Below are positions 58,030 to 64,000 of a DNA stretch of 64,000 bases, piece after piece. The notes beneath the pieces were generated by a model. The model saw only the letters and a program-made list of their open reading frames with translations. It was not told the DNA's origin and made no database searches. Made by a program: the position numbers and the translations under genes. Origin of the DNA: Macrostomum lignano (taxonomy: Eukaryota); contig NIVC01003294.1 in NCBI GenBank assembly GCA_002269645.1, positions 1 through 64,000 of the forward strand, in the 5' to 3' direction. The first letter of the stretch is position 1. Every line of letters starts with the position of its first letter.

Positions 58030-58660
58030 CACTCTCCGATAGCCATGCAGACCGCTATACGAGCGTATAATGCCTTGTCCTCTATCAAGCTATCAACCAA
58101 GTCATTCTCGGACTGTTTCAAAAGCTTGCAAAACCTGGCAATCCTCAATATGATCAACGTAATCAAGGTACAGTGCAGTGACATATTTGGCAACGAGCTG
58201 GTGGATCAACTCGCCAAATTAGTGCGCACCACTCAAGCTGTCTGCCAAGAAAATCACCTGTAAGCCGCGCGATTCACAATTGCCTGAGCCATCGAAACCA
58301 TCTTCTCTGGAATTGCTGCTCCGAGTATATCGGAAAATGCGAGCCAGCTTTGCGATGCCTGCTATGAATCGCAAAGTATCCGAATACCGGATCTCCTTAA
58401 AAAAACTGACCTTAGAGACATACCTTACTACGAAGTGGTTCCTTCCCTAACCTCTTTTGTGTGGAACTTCAACGAAGCGCGGAGACATCACCTCGGCTAA
58501 TCTCTATAAGGTTGGACGAGCTGACCAACCCGGACCGGATCCGTGCCTTATGGCACATTCGTCCGGAACTCCGGGCGGATGAAGATTGCTCACGTCACTC
58601 TCGAGAGCTCTTCAGCTGCTGGCAAAGGGTTTTCGATCAGCCACCAAAGCCCCAAGCCTA
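58030..58660 (+). mobile_element. Decayed non-LTR retrotransposon RNase H / C-terminal remnant
   Basis: LSDS[fs]QTAIRAYNALSS...SK...C...L..L...GNELVDQLAK matches the LINE RNase H pattern SDSQAAxxAL...GNExADxLAK. Confidence 0.6.
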
Positions 58661-58662
58661 AA

Positions 58663-58895
58663 GAGGGCCGTAACCCAGTGGTCCAGCGCGGCGCTTTTAT
58701 GTGCCAGCGACCCAGGCTCGATTCCAAGTGCAGTCACATTAATTTGGAGCTAAATTGGAATCTCAGCTTGGGTCTGTTTGGGCAATTAACGCCATTGAGG
58801 GCCAACCCCCAAGGCGCAGTACATGTACATGCCTAAGTGTACAACTGTACATGCCTACCGATAAATAAAGTTAGGGCCGCTGTACACGCCTGTGT
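58663..58895 (+). mobile_element. SINE family B copy (3'-truncated)
   Basis: Matches the 39860 and 51894 copies. Confidence 0.85.
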
Positions 58896-60569
58896 GAATG
58901 TTGTTGCGTCGAGACAAGAGAGCCCTTAAAAGGGCCGTTTTACTACATAACTAATCGGGATTTTTCTTACTACTCTACTGTAAGTAGGCGTCAACGTAAA
59001 TTTTACGCAAACAATTAATACTTTTTTGTGATGCCAAATTTATCGATCGTGCAATAATTCATGTTTGGATGCAAAATATAAGCGCGGGGCCGGTTGTCGC
59101 CCTAGTGGAGCGTACTTTTTGGCCGAATTCTTACTTGCCTAATTATTCGCGGCTTTTCCGTAAAATCGATAAATTGTGGTATCGATTGTGGGATCGAGAC
59201 ACCACAAGTATGCCTGTGCGCATGACGGCGTACGTATCCGCGCGCTTGTGTTCTCACGCTTCAAAAAGAAGCATAGCTACTTAAAGAAGCACATCTCAAA
59301 TATTACAACTAATCTCTGACAATTCGTGAAGATAAAAATAAATACTTAATAAACATTCAGAAAGCTGAGCTGTCATTTTGACAGAAACTGCATTAAATTC
59401 TAAAATCGATGTGATAAAATGTTCATGTAATAAAAGCAGAACTGTCCAATCTCAACCTCTATATTTGATGCAAATTGGCGCAGCTAGTCCGCTTTAAGTT
59501 TTCCCAAAACGGCATTCGCTTCCGTCGATCCTGGTTACTACGCCCTCGAGCATGAGACACCGCGAGGAAGAGCTTGCAAGCAAACTCGTAGGTAGCGTGG
59601 GTCCACTGATATCATGTACGAGCACTAGCAACATGCACACTGTTCGCTTCCCTTTGTCTTTGCCCCGTCTATAGCTGGTTCCCCCTAATTAAGCTTTCGT
59701 GTATGTAGCAATTGTCATCACGTGACCTTAATCATCTATCTGCCACTTTGCTCATTCCATCATTAATAAATTGTTGGTAATATTAAATTGATCTGACGAT
59801 TTTGCCAAATTACACGGCCTGATAGGTATACAATCGTATTATGAGTTGCCGATGTGGCTCAAAGTTGGACGAGGCCTCTCTCTCGCTAATTACTATTGAA
59901 TTATTTACACTCAGCAACAGCTGTTAAAGTTTCCACCCAAGTGATCTCAGGGTAATGCGATTTGCGTCACAAGGCCCTGTGTGCTTAGGCTGTACTGGTG
60001 AGGAGAGCTATTGATAGAATGGAGAGTTATGGCCTAATTGAGTTGGAATAAAGCTACCACGCGCAGTTCCAGTCCCAATAATGAACATCTGCCTTCGGAT
60101 GGCAACTTTAACACGTTGCTGAGTGTATCCGCATATTGTTAATCCGAAGGGCTTAACTTTGAGCGTCGAAATGATAATTAGATCCTAAATGTACGAGTAC
60201 GAGCGTAATCTTTGCTACGTAAGATCGCAGTATTAGCAGTATCCGAAAGAGTCCATGCAGTAGTTGCCTGGTGACTGATTGAAAGCAAAAAACGAAGAAC
60301 AAAATTTCTGGCTCATTGTGAAGAAGCTGGTTTATTTTTACGTGTAAAATAAGAATCAAACAACTAAAAGACTAAAAAAGATTTATACTTTAACTATAGT
60401 GTAAGAATAGGTTAAAAGAAATCTTTTAAAGCGTTATACCGGAGACAATTCTGGTTAAAATTATATTGTTACGAGCTCGTTATTAAAATAAAACCAACTG
60501 TGAATATGATAAACGATAGCATAATGTATACCAGCGTATGTACATTTTAATAAGTAGCATCTTGACAAA

Positions 60570-61106
60570 NNNNNNNNNNNNNNNNNNNNNNNNNNNNNNN
60601 NNNNNNNNNNNNNNNNNNNNNNNNNNNNNNNNNNNNNNNNNNNNNNNNNNNNNNNNNNNNNNNNNNNNNNNNNNNNNNNNNNNNNNNNNNNNNNNNNNNN
60701 NNNNNNNNNNNNNNNNNNNNNNNNNNNNNNNNNNNNNNNNNNNNNNNNNNNNNNNNNNNNNNNNNNNNNNNNNNNNNNNNNNNNNNNNNNNNNNNNNNNN
60801 NNNNNNNNNNNNNNNNNNNNNNNNNNNNNNNNNNNNNNNNNNNNNNNNNNNNNNNNNNNNNNNNNNNNNNNNNNNNNNNNNNNNNNNNNNNNNNNNNNNN
60901 NNNNNNNNNNNNNNNNNNNNNNNNNNNNNNNNNNNNNNNNNNNNNNNNNNNNNNNNNNNNNNNNNNNNNNNNNNNNNNNNNNNNNNNNNNNNNNNNNNNN
61001 NNNNNNNNNNNNNNNNNNNNNNNNNNNNNNNNNNNNNNNNNNNNNNNNNNNNNNNNNNNNNNNNNNNNNNNNNNNNNNNNNNNNNNNNNNNNNNNNNNNN
61101 NNNNNN
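60570..61106. other. Assembly gap (537 N)
   Basis: Run of N. Confidence 0.99.
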
Positions 61107-61345
61107 CAAAAATGAATAGCAATACACTAGCGTACTAAAATGTATCCCACGCAGCTAGCTCTTATCTAATGCATGTAACTATACACACCCCAGTTAAGTT
61201 CGTATGCGTATAAATTGTAAATTACAGGGCAGTGATTTAACAAGCTTCCTAAATAGCCACTTTTAGCCGGTGCCTCGAGAATTGCACGGAAACTATTCTT
61301 GAAAGCAAAGATTTTAAGCGAAGCCTTTTAAACAAATCAATAATC

Positions 61346-63251
61346 ATGGAGCCTCCGTTTCGTTGCTTCCGACTTCACCGGCCCGACCTAGCGGCCGTGG
61401 CTGACTGCCTCGATCGAGCCTGTCGAGACGCTTTCGAAGACGCTAGCGTTGAGTTAATTGACAGCTGTCCGGATTTGTCCGAGCCTCCGTTTTGCCTGGC
61501 CGGCCGAGGCATCTGCGGCGGCGGAGGAGAGAACAGCGGCCCTGTGCTTCTATAGCTGGCGGGGTGCCGTATCTGCTGCCGACGCCTCAGGTGGAGCAAA
61601 GGTTTGGCACTCAACCATGTGGGTTCGATTCCGCCTTAATTAGCTTGTTATTGGATTATTCATGCCCATTGCATGGGGTCACATACCCAATTCAAAGACT
61701 GACTGTGAGTCCTGTGACGGCGTAACTGTACGCGTGCAACATGGGGTTGCAGCCTAGCGGTTAGCTAGAGCGTCGGACTCACACTTTAAGGCCGGGGTTC
61801 GAATCTCGACCCACTCAAAACAATTTGTGTCCTTGAGCAAGATACTTAAAACTCTGCATTCACCCAGCTGTAAAATTGGTACCAGCATTAGCTGGGTTAA
61901 TTGACGGTATGTGGCGACCCCCCAGTCCTTGGACTGAACAGCCGTACGCAGCCTTCAGATGCGCCGTGCAATGGCTGCGGCTGAGCTGTCGGTGGCACAT
62001 CTGCCCATTAGGTCATTCTTGAGTGTGCTTAAGGATCAACAAGGATATGCATTCTGTACATGAAACCGTTTGTTACTTTACTGACTGAGTCTACTGTCTG
62101 CATTTACTACTTGTACTTTAAAGTATGGTAACGTTTGGTATGGTATAATGACGTAACTTTATAAGTATGGTGTACGTACAGGTAATTGACGTCTGACTTG
62201 ACTTGAAAGGATATTGTCGGATCTAAGTCGTCCGGAAAATTCTACTTTCTAGATTTTGCCTATGACCATTCACCACTTGTACTTTTATCCTCCCACCTTT
62301 GTTTTGCCCTGATTTGGACACCAATTCCTTTGAGAAAGAGAAATTTCCTTTGAGAAGGACACCATTTCCTTTGAGAAGGACACCACTTCCTTTGAGAAGG
62401 ACACCAATTCCTTTGAGAATGACACCATTTCCTTTGAGAAGGACACCAATTCCTTTGAGAATGACACCATTTCCTTTGAGAAGGACACCGTTTCCTTTAA
62501 GAAGGACATCATTTCCTTTGAGAAGGACACCATTTCCTTTAAGAAGGACACCAATTCCTTTGAGAATGACACCATTTCCTTTGAGAATGACACCGTTTCC
62601 TTTAAGAAGGACATCATTTCCTTTGAGAAGGACACCATTTCCTTTAAGAAGGACACCGTTTCCTTTGAGAAGGACACCGTTTTTTTTAGAAGGACACCAT
62701 TTCCTTTGAGAAGGACACCGTTTCCTTTGAGAAGGACACCGTTTCCTTTGAAGACAGGATTTCTTTGAGAATGATATTTTCTTTTGACCTTGATAGTTAG
62801 CACAGTGAAAATATATACAGTGAAAATCAATTAGTTAACTCTAAATTTTCAGACGCTACGACCTGCGCAACTTGCTGAAAGCGACCGGCCATCTTGACGG
62901 TCTCATCATCGGCGCTGGCGCTGCTTCGTCGACCAGATTTGGGCGCAACGCTGAGCTCGTGGCCAACCTGGGCCCGCTAGGCAACGGATGTCGGGTGGCC
63001 AGCCTCCGAGCTGATGGTGAAGACGATGGCACTGAAAATCTGGCTAATTGTCGGTTGAGCAGGCCAGATTTTGCCGAGGCCGGTCTTATGGTGGACTCTT
63101 TGTGCTCCAGCGGCCAGACTGACGGCCCAGTCCTTCGGCTGCGAGCTTCTCGATGGCGTCCGGAGGCTGCGACACCAGATGAGTCGGCGGCCAAGACAAG
63201 AGGCCGCCTGGCGGAGCTGCTGCAACGAGCGCTCGCCAAAGAGTTCTCGGG
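61346..63251 (+). CDS. C11orf54: C11orf54-like exons 1-2, copy B
   Basis: Duplicate of copy A, including the same exon-1 frameshift; one extra G at the exon-2 donor. Confidence 0.75.
61743..62010 (+). mobile_element. SINE family A copy (within the duplicated segment)
   Basis: Duplicate of 55767-56033. Confidence 0.85.
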
Positions 63252-64000
63252 GTGAGTAGAGAATATAAGTGTTTACCTTGGTCTCCTTCTCAAGTGAAAT
63301 GGTGTCCTTCTCAAAGGAAACGGTGTCCTTCTCAAAAGAATTGGTGTCCTTCTCAAAGGAAATGGTGTCCTCAAAAGAATTGGTGTCCTTCTCAAAGGAA
63401 ATGGTGTCCTCAAAAGAATTGGTGTCCTTCTCAAAGGAAATGGTGTCCTTAAAAGAATTGGTTTCCTTCTCAAAGGAAATGGTGTCCTCAAAAGAATTGG
63501 TGTCCTTCTCAATTAAATGGTGTCCTCAAAAGAATTGGTGTCCTTCTCAAAGGAAATAGTGTCCTCAAAGGAAATGGTGTCCTTCTCAAAGGAAATTGTG
63601 TCCTTCTCAAAGGAATTTGTGTCCTTCTCAAAGGAATTTGTGTCCTTTTCAAAGGAATTTGTGTCCTTCTTAGAGAAAATGGTGTCCTCAAAGTAAATGG
63701 TGTCCTTCTCAAGATAGTTGGTGTTCTTCTGAAAGTAAAGTAAGTTAACTTTTGAGTAAAGTATTTTTAAGCTGTTGTACGACGTTACGTAGTTACTATT
63801 TTATCACATGATGAGAAAATTCAAGGTTGTATATTTGTTTATTTGCATTTTTCATACCGTCTTGTGGCGTCTGATTTTATGGTAAAAATAATAAAATTAC
63901 AACTTTTTGACTACATATTGCTTCTATACCAATCATACGTTTCAGTCCAATTGACTGGTTTCCAATTAAAGGAAACCAGTCAATGTCGATTTTTCCCAAC

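Larger units (their letters stand above)
61107..64000 (+). repeat. Near-identical duplicate of 55131-58024
   Basis: Starts at the gap edge. I found four 1-bp indels and one substitution by eye. Confidence 0.97.

Noticed and set aside
59515-59660. FASVDPGYYALEH / HAHCS as a C11orf54 3' exon
   Set aside because: Resemblance to FVSRDPGFDLRLEHTH is short, with in-frame stops, no clear splice sites, and the intervening exon missing.
60483-61127. ORFs spanning the N run
   Set aside because: Artefacts of the assembly gap.

Overview
This is eukaryotic (metazoan invertebrate) genomic DNA. It has GC-rich exons, GT-AG introns packed with minisatellites, and one 537-N gap. The style resembles free-living flatworm (Macrostomum-type) long-read assemblies, but that is unverified inference. 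Five protein genes are recognisable: SHOC2/Sur-8 (minus, partial), an expanded dystroglycan (minus, 6 exons), PHAF1/C16orf70 (minus, 3 exons), 40S ribosomal protein S4 (plus, 3 exons) and a C11orf54-like ester hydrolase (plus, 2 exons visible, present twice across the gap). The 36-50 kb block is a nested transposon cluster. It holds a 276-bp 8-bp-TSD MITE carrying a ~100-bp 28S rRNA (H68-H71, R2-target) fragment, a second 8-bp-TSD MITE, a 1.2-kb MULE-like foldback and a mariner-like MITE. It also holds a young 5,055-bp pol-less LTR element with an intact extra 291-aa ORF under its own apparent promoter. The older DNA around these is nearly CpG-free, and a SINE copy there shows CpA/TpG->TpA changes resembling RIP. 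Two tRNA-derived SINE families, LINE remnants and about 30 tandem arrays fill the rest.
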